A DNA stretch of 64,000 bases from Halorussus marinus (GTDB lineage: Archaea; Halobacteriota; Halobacteria; Halobacteriales; Haladaptataceae), in contig NZ_SBIV01000002.1 in the NCBI RefSeq assembly GCF_004765795.1, positions 372,001 to 436,000 of the forward strand, written 5' to 3'. Shown here piece after piece: positions 30,384 through 40,491 of this stretch. Below the pieces are notes generated by a model. The model was not told the DNA's origin. It ran no database searches and worked only from the letters and a program-made list of their open reading frames with translations. Within the stretch, counting starts at the first letter, position 1, and each line of letters starts with the position of its first letter. The translations under genes were made by a program, and so were the position numbers.

Positions 30384-30578
30384 TCACCCGTCGGGGTCGA
30401 AGATGTCCTCGATCCGGCACTCGAACCGATCGGCGAGCGCGAACGCGAGTTCGAGCGACGGGTCGTAGCGGCCCCGCTCGATCGAGTTGATGGTCTGGCG
30501 CGTGACCCCGACGTCGTCGGCGAGGTCGGCCTGACTCAGGCCGCGTCGCTCGCGGAGGTCCGGCAACGAGTTTTTCAT
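30384..30578 (-). CDS. XRE-family HTH transcriptional regulator
   Basis: MKNSLPDLRERRGLSQADLADDVGVTRQTINSIERGRYDPSLELAF; start overlaps upstream stop (ATGA). Confidence 0.93.
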   Translation of the reverse strand: MKNSLPDLRERRGLSQADLADDVGVTRQTINSIERGRYDPSLELAFALADRFECRIEDIFDPDG

Positions 30579-30973
30579 CGGCGGGCGCCGACCGCGAGCG
30601 CCATCGCTCCGTACGTGACGTACAGGGCCGCGACCGTCCACGCGACGCCGGCGGCCATCGGCCCCCACTCGAAGCGGCCCAGCGCGTCGAGCGCGACCAG
30701 CGCGGGGAAGACGATCGCCGAGAGCACGCCGTAGAACCCCACCGTCTTCGCGCTCGCGACGCGGTGGATCGACTCGTCGCGCTCGTCGAACAGCGTCGCG
30801 TCGGCGCGCCACTCGATGGCGACGGTCGCGCCCGCGAGCAGGGCGAACGCCCCGACCGCCCACAGCCGGTATCCGAACCCGATGAGGGCGGCGAACAGCA
30901 GGCCGGCGAGCGTCCACAGGCCGACGTAGGCCCGGCGATACGAGGTCGCTCCGAAGGTTTCGGTTCGTGTCAT
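30575..30973 (-). CDS. Small membrane protein (DUF2178-like)
   Basis: 4 TM helices with FDERDESIHRVAS loop; translationally coupled to the XRE regulator. Confidence 0.8.
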   Translation of the reverse strand: MTRTETFGATSYRRAYVGLWTLAGLLFAALIGFGYRLWAVGAFALLAGATVAIEWRADATLFDERDESIHRVASAKTVGFYGVLSAIVFPALVALDALGRFEWGPMAAGVAWTVAALYVTYGAMALAVGARR

Positions 30974-30980
30974 GGGTGGT

Positions 30981-31029
30981 GTCAAGCGCGCTTGTCGTAA
31001 AGCTCGCTTTACAGTAAAGTCTCTTTTAC
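30981..31029. promoter_or_regulatory. Three tandem 16-bp imperfect palindromes, probable XRE operator
   Basis: GTCAAGcgcgCTTGTC (30981), GTAAAGctcgCTTTAC (30997), GTAAAGtctcTTTTAC (31014), directly upstream of the membrane protein/XRE operon. Confidence 0.75.
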
Positions 31030-31121
31030 ACTCGACAATAAATCTAGGGGTGATCGAGCGATCCGAGAGCAGAAAACCGCGATCGGCCGTCGACGAAAGG
31101 GAGCTCGAAGAGCCGGCCGGC

Positions 31122-32804
31122 TCAGTCGTCGGCGCTCGCCGCGCCGGGCGAGACGTGGCCGTCGGGGACGGTGCCGTCGTCGTTCCAGCCCCGGACCGCG
31201 TAGTACTCGTCGAGGGCGTCCTCGAAGCCCGGCAGGTCGTAGGGCAGTCGGTCGGCCTCGCGGTCGATCCCCCGCTTGTTGTTGAAGTGGCGTTCGAGTT
31301 CGACGATCCGATCGCCGACCGCGAGCAGGTCCTCGAAGTCCGCGCCGAACAGCGACTCGTAGCGCTCGGGGCTCATGAAGTCCCGCGAGAACTTACAGAC
31401 CACGCCGGCGTCGTTGAGCGCCATCAGGTTCTCGCGTTTCACGAGGCGCTCGGGCTTGCCCTCCAGACCTCTCGGCGCCATGCCCTCCTCTTTGGGCACG
31501 AGGGGGTACTCGACCGAGTAGAAGGTCGCGTACATGTGATCGCCGCCGCGGTTGGCGACCGCGTACGAGAGCCCCTGCCCGTGGAGGACTCGGCCCTCGT
31601 GGGCCGCAAAGTCCATGCCCTTCACGGTCCAGTTGCCGACCCCGAGGTCGTCGTGGATCCGGTCGATCCCCTCCGCGAGCGTGTCGCCGACGCCCTCGCG
31701 GTTGGCGATCTTCTCGACGAGGTCGAGGATGAGCTCCTCGTCGCCGAACTCGTCCTCGCTCGCGAGGTACGCCGAGACGGTGTTGCCCGTCGAGATGGTG
31801 TCGAGACCGTAGCGGTCACAGAGCTCGTTGGACTTCATCACGTCGACGATGTCGTCGATGCCGGCGTTCGACCCGAACGCCATCGCCGTCTCGAACTCCG
31901 GGCCCTCGGTCTCGACGCCGGCCGCCTCGTCTCTGGTCGGGAGTTTGCACGCGAACGCGCACGCCGAGCAGGTCCCTTTCTTGTACTTTTTCTGCTCGAC
32001 CGCGTCGCCGTTGATCCCCTCGGCGCCCTCGAACGACTGCTCGGAGAAGTAGTAGGAGGGCAGGCCGTCGATCTCGTTGGCGAGGTCCATCACCGAGACC
32101 GTGCCCTGTCGTTTCATGATGTGGTCTTCGGTCGCGGCCTCGCGGTGGATCTCCATCTGGGTCGCCGGGATCTCGATCTCGGGGGCGGCGTCGCCCTCGA
32201 ACGTGATCGCCTTGACGCCTTTCGCGCCGAGCACCGCGCCGAGTCCGCCCCGACCGAACGCCCGCTCTTCGGTCGTCATGATGGAGGCGAACCGGACCTC
32301 GTTCTCGCCCGCCGGCCCGATGCAGGCGACGTGTTCGCTGCTGAGTCCGTGGGTCTCCTCGATGTACTCGCAGGTCTCGGGGACCGTGGCGCCCGCCAGA
32401 TCGGCCACCGGTTCGAACTCGACGCCCTCGTCGGTGACGTGGATCGCGAGCGTCTCGTCGCTCTCGCCGACGATCTCGACCGCGCTGTAGCCGGTGTCGG
32501 CGAAGTTCCGCGACATGAACCCGCCGGCGTTCGACGACAGCAGGCCGTCGGTGAGCGGCGACAGCCCGGTGGCGTTCATCCGGCCCGTGAAGCTCATCGT
32601 CGACATCTGCATGGGGCCGGTGGTAAAGACCAGCCGGTTGTCGGGGCCGAGCGGGTCGGCGTCGAACGGGATCCGATCGTGGCCGAGTTTGGTCCCGACG
32701 CCCCGACCGCCGATGAACGATTCGAGCACGTCGTCGATGTCCTCCGTGCGGGTTTCGCGCTCGCCCAGATCGACCGTGAGCAGCGGGCCCTTGCTGTGTA
32801 TCAT
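31122..32804 (-). CDS. Aldehyde:ferredoxin oxidoreductase family protein
   Basis: IGGRGVG, SPLT, IGPAGEN, GRGGLGAVLGAKGVKAI, CSACAFAC, EFET, DRYGLDTIS, VVCKF. Confidence 0.93.
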   Translation of the reverse strand: MIHSKGPLLTVDLGERETRTEDIDDVLESFIGGRGVGTKLGHDRIPFDADPLGPDNRLVFTTGPMQMSTMSFTGRMNATGLSPLTDGLLSSNAGGFMSRNFADTGYSAVEIVGESDETLAIHVTDEGVEFEPVADLAGATVPETCEYIEETHGLSSEHVACIGPAGENEVRFASIMTTEERAFGRGGLGAVLGAKGVKAITFEGDAAPEIEIPATQMEIHREAATEDHIMKRQGTVSVMDLANEIDGLPSYYFSEQSFEGAEGINGDAVEQKKYKKGTCSACAFACKLPTRDEAAGVETEGPEFETAMAFGSNAGIDDIVDVMKSNELCDRYGLDTISTGNTVSAYLASEDEFGDEELILDLVEKIANREGVGDTLAEGIDRIHDDLGVGNWTVKGMDFAAHEGRVLHGQGLSYAVANRGGDHMYATFYSVEYPLVPKEEGMAPRGLEGKPERLVKRENLMALNDAGVVCKFSRDFMSPERYESLFGADFEDLLAVGDRIVELERHFNNKRGIDREADRLPYDLPGFEDALDEYYAVRGWNDDGTVPDGHVSPGAASADD

Positions 32805-32985
32805 GGTCTCAGGTATCGTGTATCGCTTCGGAGGTGATAAAGATGGCCACACGCCAGACTCGGCGTCAGTTCGAGCGCCCTCGGCGAATCAGTTCGGTAG
32901 TCGGCGGCGAGCCGACGCCGGCGCGGGGACGCCGGGTCTGAAGTCGTCGTCGCCCGCGACCGGAGACCCGCGAGTCTGCGCCGCG

Positions 32986-34869
32986 CTACTCGTGGGGATG
33001 ACAGCGATCGATCGCCTCGTGGACCGACTCCTTCCGGCCGAGGAAGGTGATGTGGTCGCCCTGCTGGAGGGTGAAGTCCTCGGTGGGGACCTCGCTGTCG
33101 CCGCCCCGGCCGACCATGGCGATGAGGACGCCGTTGGGGAGCTGATCGTCGAGCTCCGAGATGGTCTTGCCAACGAGGTCCTCGGCGGTGACCTCGATCT
33201 CCTGAACGTCGCCGGACCGACCGATCTCGGTCATCCAGTTCGACAGCGCGGGCCGTTCGATCACGTTGTCGATGGCCCACGCTGTCGCCGACGAGGCGTC
33301 GATCGTCCGGACGCCGAGGTCCTCGAAGGCGTCGACGTTGTCGGGGTTGTTGGCCCGCGCGATGACGGTCTCGACGTCGAACTTCGAGTCGGCGAGCTGT
33401 GCGACCAGGAGGTTGGCGTCGTCGTCGCCGGTCGCGGCCACGACGATCTTGGCGTTGCCGGCGCCCGCCTTCCTGAGTATCTCGGTGTCGGTGCCGTCGC
33501 CGTGGTGGGCGGTAAAGCCCGCTTCGCGGGTCATCTCCACCATCTCTTGCTCGCGCTCGATGATGACGACGTTCTCTCCGCGCTCTTCGAGGCGTTCGGC
33601 GAGCGCACGGCCCACCTTGCCTCCTCCGATGATGAGTACACGCATTGGTATCACGTCCAGATATTCGGCGATGTGGCGGGCGAAGCCGCCCTCGAAGACG
33701 ACCGTCGTCAGGATCACCAGAAAGACGGTCCCGACGAGGACGCTCGCTGCCTGCGGATCGTAGTAGGCGTTCGCGGGGTTGCTCAGCTCGACGGCGAACA
33801 GCGTCGCGACCGACGCCGGGATGATACCCCGAGGGCCGACCACGCTCATGAACAGCTTCTCGGCGGTCGTGTACCGATCGCCCGTCGTCGAGAGGAACAC
33901 GAGTAGCGGCCGCACGACGAGCGCGACCACCAACACCACGACGATCCCGCCCAGCCCGAGCGACACGAGGTCGCCGAGCTGGAGGAGCGCCGCCAGCGCG
34001 ATGAAGACGAACGACAGGACCAGCAGGGTCACGTCGCCCTTGAACGACTCGATGTTCTCCTCGTAGGGGAGATCGGCGTTGCCGAGCAGTATGCCGGCGG
34101 TCGCGACCGCCGCGATGCCCGCCTCGGTCGCCAGCGTGTTGGCGCCACCGTAGGCGACCAGCGCGCCGGCGAGCGTGACCAGCCGGGCGTTCTGCGGGGC
34201 GTTGTCCGGCGAGAGGTCGACGTACCGAAGCAGGTACCAGATGACCCCGGCGACGACCATGCCGACCACGATCCCGATGCCGAGCCGTCGCGCGAAGTCC
34301 GCGAGCACCGCGGTCGCGGTCGGGTCCTCCTGAACGACCAACTGGAAGATGACGATTGCGAGGATCGCGGCGGTCACGTCGTTGACGACGCCCTCGGTTT
34401 CGAGGGCCGTCGCCACGCGGTCTCGGACCGGAACGACCTCCAGAATCGGCGTGATGACCGTCGGGCCGGTCGCGACCAGCAGCGAGCCGATGAGCAGCGA
34501 CAGCTCCCACGTCTCGCCGAGCGCGAACCGAATGACGGCGGCGGTCCCGACCAGCGAGATCATAGCCCCGAGCGTGACCAGCCTGATGGTCGCCGACGGG
34601 GCCTCTCGAAGCCGGTCGAGCTTGAGGTGGAACGCGCCCTCGAAGACGATGATCGCCACGCTCAGACCGACGATGGCCGAGAGGCTCTCGCCGAACGTCT
34701 CGGCGGTGACGATGCCGAATCCGGTCGGACCGACCGAGATGCCCGCGAGGATGAGAAACAGCACGCTCGGCACCTGAAATCGGTCGGACAGTACCTGTGC
34801 CGCCACTCCGAGGCCGAGAATACCGGCCACGAGGGGGACGAGCCCGACGCCGCTACCGCCAGCTGACAC
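32986..34869 (-). CDS. Cation:proton antiporter (CPA1) with TrkA-N/TrkA-C domains
   Basis: ATGPTV, ETEGVVND, GPRGIIPAS; GGGKVG NAD-binding RCK domain; GGAGGT before the GTG start. Confidence 0.92.
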   Translation of the reverse strand: MSAGGSGVGLVPLVAGILGLGVAAQVLSDRFQVPSVLFLILAGISVGPTGFGIVTAETFGESLSAIVGLSVAIIVFEGAFHLKLDRLREAPSATIRLVTLGAMISLVGTAAVIRFALGETWELSLLIGSLLVATGPTVITPILEVVPVRDRVATALETEGVVNDVTAAILAIVIFQLVVQEDPTATAVLADFARRLGIGIVVGMVVAGVIWYLLRYVDLSPDNAPQNARLVTLAGALVAYGGANTLATEAGIAAVATAGILLGNADLPYEENIESFKGDVTLLVLSFVFIALAALLQLGDLVSLGLGGIVVVLVVALVVRPLLVFLSTTGDRYTTAEKLFMSVVGPRGIIPASVATLFAVELSNPANAYYDPQAASVLVGTVFLVILTTVVFEGGFARHIAEYLDVIPMRVLIIGGGKVGRALAERLEERGENVVIIEREQEMVEMTREAGFTAHHGDGTDTEILRKAGAGNAKIVVAATGDDDANLLVAQLADSKFDVETVIARANNPDNVDAFEDLGVRTIDASSATAWAIDNVIERPALSNWMTEIGRSGDVQEIEVTAEDLVGKTISELDDQLPNGVLIAMVGRGGDSEVPTEDFTLQQGDHITFLGRKESVHEAIDRCHPHE

Positions 34870-34983
34870 CTTGTATAACCTCCGTGTCCGTGTCCAATGT
34901 CCTGAGGGGCTTAAAAACGGTCGGTTGCGATGGATCCGGCAGAGATTGTGAGTACTCGCGTCTCCGCCGGCGGTCGGGGCGGG

Positions 34984-36993
34984 TCACGATGCGTCCTCGT
35001 AGTCTCTGGCGTAGATTTCGTCGATCTCGTCGGCGAAGCGCTCCAAGATGTTCCGACGCTTTTTCTTCATCGTCGGGGTGAGCAGGTCGTTGTCCTCGGT
35101 GAACTCCTCGGGGACGATCCGGTACTGCTTGATCTGCTCGTAGGGCTCGAACCGCTCGTTGACCTCCTCGACCGCCTCGTCGATCCACGCCCGGACGCGG
35201 TCGTCCCGACAGAACGCCCGGCGCTCCTCGGGGAGTTCGATCCCCTCCCCGTCGGCGCGGGCCCGCAGGGTCTCGACGTTCGGCACCAGGATGGCCGAGA
35301 CGAACTTCTGGCCGTCGCCGACCACCATGCACTGCTCGACGACGTCGCTCGCGGCGAACGCGTCCTCGATGGGCCCCGGCGCGACGTTCTTGCCGGTCGA
35401 AAGCACCAACAGCTCCTTGGCGCGCTCACGGAACGCGATGTAGTCGTCGGGGCGCAGTTCCACCACGTCGCCGGTGCGCAACCACTGTTGGTCGGACGAC
35501 TCGCCGCTCTCGTCGCCCGCGGACGGGCCGTCCGTGAACGCCCGTTCGGTTTCCTCGGGGAGTTGCCAGTAGCCGTCGGTGACGTTCGGTCCTCGCACGA
35601 GGAGTTCGCCGACCTCGCCCTCGGCGTCCTCGAAGGTCTCGCCCGATACCACCGACTCGTCGACTCGGACCTCGGCGTCGACGACCGGCGGGCCGATGGT
35701 GCCGACCTTCGGCTCCTCGGGCGGGTTGACCGCGATGACCGGGGAGGTCTCGGTCAGCCCGTACCCTTCGAGGATCGGAAGCCCCATCCCGTGATACAGC
35801 GCACACAGCTCGGGCGAGAGGCTCCCCCCGCCGCTGATGAGAAAGTCGACGTTCCCGCCGAGCCCCGCACGGACTTTCCGGAAGACGAGCCGGTCGGCGA
35901 CCGCCCGCTTCGCGCGCAACACCGGCCCCGGCGACTCGGTCTCGAAGTACTCCCGGCCGACGTCGGTCGCCCACTCGAAGAGTCGCTCGCTGATCGGCGA
36001 GGACTCGGCCTGCTCGCGGATGGCGTCGTAGATGCGCTCGTACACCCGCGGGACGCTGGTGCCGGTGGTCGGTCCGACCGCCTGAAAGTCCTCCCGGAGG
36101 GTGTCGGGGCTCTCGGCGTAGGCGACCGTCGCGCCCGCCGCGAACATCATGAAATGGCCCGCGAGCCGTTCGAGGACGTGGGCCAGCGGGAGAAACGAGA
36201 CGGTGCTCGCCGTCTCGTCGAGGACCGGCACGTCGTCGTCCTTGTCGGGGCGGGGACCGAACCGCTTGTAGCACTGATTGACGTTCGACCGGAAGTTCCA
36301 GTGAGTGAGCCGGACTCCCTTCGGGGTGCCGGTGGTCCCGGAGGTGTAGATGAGCGTCGCGAGGTCCGCCGGGTCGCGGGCGTCGAGCCACGACTCGTAG
36401 TCGGCCTCGTCGAACGCCGCCTCGCCGCGCTCGTACACGTCGCCGAGCGTCAGCACGTCGAACGCCGCGTCGTCGGGGGCGTCGCCGGCCGCGCCGTCGA
36501 GCAGGACCGCGAACTCCAGATCGAGGTCGTCCTGGACCGAGACGACGCGATCGAGCAGGTCCGGGTTCTCGACGACGACGCCCGACGCGTCGGGGTCCCC
36601 GAGGAGGTGTGCGACCTGCCTCGGCGACGACCCCCGATACACCGTGGTCACGACCGCGCCGGCGGCGAGCAGTCCGAAGTCACACTGGGCCCACTCCATC
36701 CGGGTCGCCGAGAAGATGCCGACCCGGTCGTCGGCGCCGACGCCGAGGTCGCGAAAGCCCGCCGCGAGCGACCGGACGATCTCCCGCATCTCCGCGTAGG
36801 AGATCGCCCGGAACTCGCCGTCGGGCGCCGCGGGGAGCGCCGTCCCGACCAGCGATCGGTCGTAGACGCCGCCCTTGTACTGCTGGGCCGGCCGGTTCGA
36901 ATTTCTGGCGGCGCTCTCCTCGAACATCCGGGGGAGCGTCGACCGACCGACCACCTCGTCCTCGTACGCCCGTTCCGCGTCACGCCACTCCAT
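34984..36993 (-). CDS. Long-chain fatty acid-CoA ligase (AMP-binding)
   Basis: IYTSGTTGTPKG, FLPLAH, EGYGLTE, WLRTGD, LTPTMKKKR. Confidence 0.93.
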   Translation of the reverse strand: MEWRDAERAYEDEVVGRSTLPRMFEESAARNSNRPAQQYKGGVYDRSLVGTALPAAPDGEFRAISYAEMREIVRSLAAGFRDLGVGADDRVGIFSATRMEWAQCDFGLLAAGAVVTTVYRGSSPRQVAHLLGDPDASGVVVENPDLLDRVVSVQDDLDLEFAVLLDGAAGDAPDDAAFDVLTLGDVYERGEAAFDEADYESWLDARDPADLATLIYTSGTTGTPKGVRLTHWNFRSNVNQCYKRFGPRPDKDDDVPVLDETASTVSFLPLAHVLERLAGHFMMFAAGATVAYAESPDTLREDFQAVGPTTGTSVPRVYERIYDAIREQAESSPISERLFEWATDVGREYFETESPGPVLRAKRAVADRLVFRKVRAGLGGNVDFLISGGGSLSPELCALYHGMGLPILEGYGLTETSPVIAVNPPEEPKVGTIGPPVVDAEVRVDESVVSGETFEDAEGEVGELLVRGPNVTDGYWQLPEETERAFTDGPSAGDESGESSDQQWLRTGDVVELRPDDYIAFRERAKELLVLSTGKNVAPGPIEDAFAASDVVEQCMVVGDGQKFVSAILVPNVETLRARADGEGIELPEERRAFCRDDRVRAWIDEAVEEVNERFEPYEQIKQYRIVPEEFTEDNDLLTPTMKKKRRNILERFADEIDEIYARDYEDAS

Positions 36994-37125
36994 ACCGTCC
37001 TCTCAGACGCCCGGGACATTAAGCTACCTCCGAACGTCCCGAACGTTCATTCGGGTTTATTCGCCGCCCGTGAGAGTCGACGCGACGGCGACCCCCGGCG
37101 TCGCGAGCCCCGACGCGTCGCCGAC

Positions 37126-38040
37126 TCAGTCCTCGCGACCGCGGAGGTACGTCAGCACGCCTCGGACGTTCATCGCGGTCTCGCCCCGGGCTTTGCGCTC
37201 GCCCCACACCGCGTCCATCTCGGTGCGGTCGGCGAAAAACGCCTCGGTCGCCTCGCCGTCGCCGAGTTCGTCGTATTTCTGCTCGACCGACTCGACCCAC
37301 TCGGTCAGCACCGCCTCGTACTCGTCCATCGCGCCCTCGCGGTACTCGCGGGGACCGAAGTGAGTGTACAGCAGGGTCTCGGGGTCGAGGTCCCGGACGG
37401 TTTCGAGGTCCGCGAGGCAGGCGTCGAGATCGAAGTTCGGCGGCGGCGACGTCTCGCGGATCTCGCCCAGTTCGGGCACCCAGATGCCGGCGGCGTCGGC
37501 GGTGAAGACGGCGTCGTCGCCCGGATCGTGGAAGATCACCTGATGGGGCGCGTGGCCCGGCGCGTGATAGACGTCGAGGCGGTGGTCGCCGAGGTGGATC
37601 TCGTCGCCCGCCTGAAGCGCTACGAGGCGGTCCTCGGGCACGGGCTCGGGTTCGACGTAAAACTCCCACTGGTCGCCGACCGCGGCCTTGGTCCCCTCGA
37701 CGAGTCGCCCGGGGTCGGCGAGGTGGGACGCGCCGATCTCGTGGACGTACACCTCGGCGTTCGGACACGCCTCCGCGAGAAACCCCGCCCCGCCGGCGTG
37801 GTCGAGGTGGACGTGAGTCGGGGCGATGACCGCCACCTCCTCGCGGGCGATCGACAGCTCGTCGAGCGCGTCGAGGATCACCTCGTGGTGCGTGCCGATC
37901 CCCGTCTCCACGATCGCGGGCCGGGCGGCGTCGTAGATGTAGACCGCGCCGTACTCGTCGGTGTCGTACATGCCGGTGTCGAGGTAGTAGAGATCCGAAC
38001 AGCTACCCGTCGTCACCTCGCGGAGGTCGCCTCGTGCCAT
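37126..38040 (-). CDS. MBL-fold metallo-hydrolase
   Basis: THVHLDHAGG, PGHAPHQ, FTADAAG, THFG. Confidence 0.9.
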   Translation of the reverse strand: MARGDLREVTTGSCSDLYYLDTGMYDTDEYGAVYIYDAARPAIVETGIGTHHEVILDALDELSIAREEVAVIAPTHVHLDHAGGAGFLAEACPNAEVYVHEIGASHLADPGRLVEGTKAAVGDQWEFYVEPEPVPEDRLVALQAGDEIHLGDHRLDVYHAPGHAPHQVIFHDPGDDAVFTADAAGIWVPELGEIRETSPPPNFDLDACLADLETVRDLDPETLLYTHFGPREYREGAMDEYEAVLTEWVESVEQKYDELGDGEATEAFFADRTEMDAVWGERKARGETAMNVRGVLTYLRGRED

Positions 38041-38174
38041 GGCCGTGAGTGGGTCCGGACGGGACAAAAGCGGTTCGCCCGCCGACAGTCAGTGGGAGTT
38101 CCCGGCCCGCCTCGTCACTCGGTGTCTCACGAACGATACGGTTTTTTGCCGGGAGGGGGATGAAACGAGTAGGA

Positions 38175-39533
38175 ATGCTCGACCGGAACTACATCCGCGA
38201 GAACCCCGACGAGGTCCGGACCGCGCTCGAACAGAAGGGCGTGGCCGACGTGGACTTCGACCGGATTCTCGAACTCGACGAGGAGTGGCGCGAACTCAAG
38301 GCCCGCGGCGACGATCTGCGCCACGAGCGCAACGAGGTCAGCACCGAGATCGGCGAGCTCAAGCAGGCCGGCGACCACGAGCAGGCCGAGGCGGCCATCG
38401 AGCGCTCCCAGGAACTCAAAGGCGAGATCGAAACCGTCGAGGAGCGGGCGGCCGACCTCGCCGAGACCCTAGAAGACGAACTGCTCCGACTCCCACAGAT
38501 TCCCCACGAGGAGGTGCCGGTCGGCGACAGCGAGGACGACAACGTCGAGCGCCGCCGTGAGGGGTTCGAGGACCTGCGCGACCTCCCCGAGACGATAACG
38601 CCCCACTACGAACTCGGCGAGGACCTCGACATCATCGACGAGGCCCGGGCGGCCAAGACGACCGGGAGCGGCTTCTACTTCCTGAAGGGCGAGGGCGCCC
38701 AGTTGGAGTACGCACTGCTCCAGTTCATGCTCGATCTCCACCGCGAGCAGGGGTACGTCGACCTGTTCCCGCCGATTCCGGTCAACAGCGAGTCGATGAC
38801 CGGCACCGGCCAGCTCCCGAAGTTCGCCGGGGACGCCTACAAGCTGGAGGGCGAGGACCTCTGGCTCTGCCCGACCGCGGAGGTGCCGGTCACCAACATG
38901 TACCGCGACGACATCCTCCTGAAGGACGACCTGCCGGTCAAACATCAGGCCTACACCCCCAACTTCCGGCGCGAGGCGGGCGAGCACGGCACCGAGACGC
39001 GGGGGATCGTCCGGGTCCACCAGTTCAACAAGGTCGAGATGGTCAACTTCGTCGAGCCCGAGACCAGCTACGAGGCGTTCGACCGGCTGGTCGACGAGGC
39101 CGAAGAAGTCCTCCGCCGGCTCGATCTCCCCTACCGGATCCTGGAGATGTGTACCGCCGACCTCGGGTTCACGCAGGCCAAGAAGTACGACATCGAGGTG
39201 TGGGCGCCCGGCGACGACATGGGCGACGGCCCCGAGGAGGGCGGCCGGTGGCTCGAAGTGTCGTCGGTGTCGAACTTCGAGGACTTTCAGGCCCGGCGGG
39301 CGGGCCTTCGGTACCGGCCCGAGCGCCACGAGTCGACCGAGTACCTCCACACGCTCAACGGTTCGGGGCTGGCCCTGCCCCGCGTGATGGTCGCGATCCT
39401 CGAGTACTACCAGAACGACGACGGCACCGTCACCGTGCCCGAGCCCCTCCGGCCGTACATGGGCGCCACCGAGGTCATCGAGGGCCACGAGCCGATCGGC
39501 GAGAGCGCGGTCGGCGCGGGCGAGAAGGAGTAG
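38175..39533 (+). CDS. serS: Seryl-tRNA synthetase
   Basis: N-terminal coiled coil; PTAEVP; FRREAG..RGIVRVHQFNKVE; HTLNGSGLA. Confidence 0.97.
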   Translation: MLDRNYIRENPDEVRTALEQKGVADVDFDRILELDEEWRELKARGDDLRHERNEVSTEIGELKQAGDHEQAEAAIERSQELKGEIETVEERAADLAETLEDELLRLPQIPHEEVPVGDSEDDNVERRREGFEDLRDLPETITPHYELGEDLDIIDEARAAKTTGSGFYFLKGEGAQLEYALLQFMLDLHREQGYVDLFPPIPVNSESMTGTGQLPKFAGDAYKLEGEDLWLCPTAEVPVTNMYRDDILLKDDLPVKHQAYTPNFRREAGEHGTETRGIVRVHQFNKVEMVNFVEPETSYEAFDRLVDEAEEVLRRLDLPYRILEMCTADLGFTQAKKYDIEVWAPGDDMGDGPEEGGRWLEVSSVSNFEDFQARRAGLRYRPERHESTEYLHTLNGSGLALPRVMVAILEYYQNDDGTVTVPEPLRPYMGATEVIEGHEPIGESAVGAGEKE

Positions 39534-39570
39534 CCGGTCGGTTCGGCCGACCGTCGGCCCGGCGCGCCGA

Positions 39571-39984
39571 TCAGGTCGTCGTGAGGTAGACGCCGGTCGC
39601 CGCGAGCGCGATGCCCGCCGCTTTCCGGACGGTCAGGGGGTCGCCGAGGAAGACGACGCCGAGCAGCGCGCTCCCGACCAGAAACATCCCGAACACCGGC
39701 ACCACGACGCTGACCGGGCCCTTCCCGAGCGCCTGATAGTACGCGAGGATGCCGACGCTGAGGAACACTCCGGCGGCGTACATGTACACCGCGTTCCCGC
39801 CGGTCAGGTACGGGGTCACCGACTCGTCGCGGACGGCGATGACCGCCGCCGCCGACAGCGCGAGCATGCTGTTGGCCACGAGCGCGACGACTGTGCTCGG
39901 AATCTCGTTGGTCGCGAGGCTCGCCAGCGGCGTGAACACGGAGTAGCCGACGAGCGCGAGGACCGCCCACGCGAGGTAGTTCAT
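39571..39984 (-). CDS. EamA/DMT family small transporter
   Basis: 5 TM helices; YYQALGKGPVSVVVP; VFLGDPLT. Confidence 0.85.
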   Translation of the reverse strand: MNYLAWAVLALVGYSVFTPLASLATNEIPSTVVALVANSMLALSAAAVIAVRDESVTPYLTGGNAVYMYAAGVFLSVGILAYYQALGKGPVSVVVPVFGMFLVGSALLGVVFLGDPLTVRKAAGIALAATGVYLTTT

Positions 39985-40057
39985 GCCGTCGGTTCGGCCG
40001 TCGCGCACCTATGGGTTTGGAAAGCGGTCGGCGACTGCCGGAACCGCGATCCGTGTG

Positions 40058-40411
40058 TCAGCGCGTGTACGTTCTGATCTCCGCGATGCGTCCTGCCTCG
40101 AACGAGAACACGTCGACGAACCCGAACATGGGATTGCCCTCGGCGTCGAACAGCCGACCCTCGACCGCGACGCTCCCGGCGTCGCGACCGCGATCGCCGC
40201 CGTCGCCGGACGCGGTCAGCACCGTCGCCACCTCGTGGGACGTGTCCCGATTCGGTCGGCCGTCGCGCATGAACGTCACCAGCGCCTCGCGGCCCTCGAT
40301 CCGTCGGTCGGGCCGATCGTGGACCGCCTCGGGCGCGAGCAGGTCCGCCAGCGCCGCGTAGTCGCCCGCGTCGACGGCGTCGTAGTAGGCCAGCGCGGTC
40401 GCTTCGCTCAT
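40058..40411 (-). CDS. NTF2/SnoaL-like protein
   Basis: YYDAVDAGDY..L.DLL; IEGREALVTFM; FVDVFSFEAGRI..IRTY. Confidence 0.85.
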   Translation of the reverse strand: MSEATALAYYDAVDAGDYAALADLLAPEAVHDRPDRRIEGREALVTFMRDGRPNRDTSHEVATVLTASGDGGDRGRDAGSVAVEGRLFDAEGNPMFGFVDVFSFEAGRIAEIRTYTR

Positions 40412-40491
40412 GATCGGTCCGACGGGCCCCGCGCCCATCAACCCCGGCGGTCTTCGTCGCGTTTATCGGGGTCGGTCCAAATGAGGGGAGT

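Noticed and set aside
34930..38163. Very long alternative-frame ORFs (1077 aa here; also 8779-11790, 46199-49615, 54620-56470)
   Set aside because: Antisense or shifted shadows of real genes in high-GC DNA; no motifs and non-acidic composition
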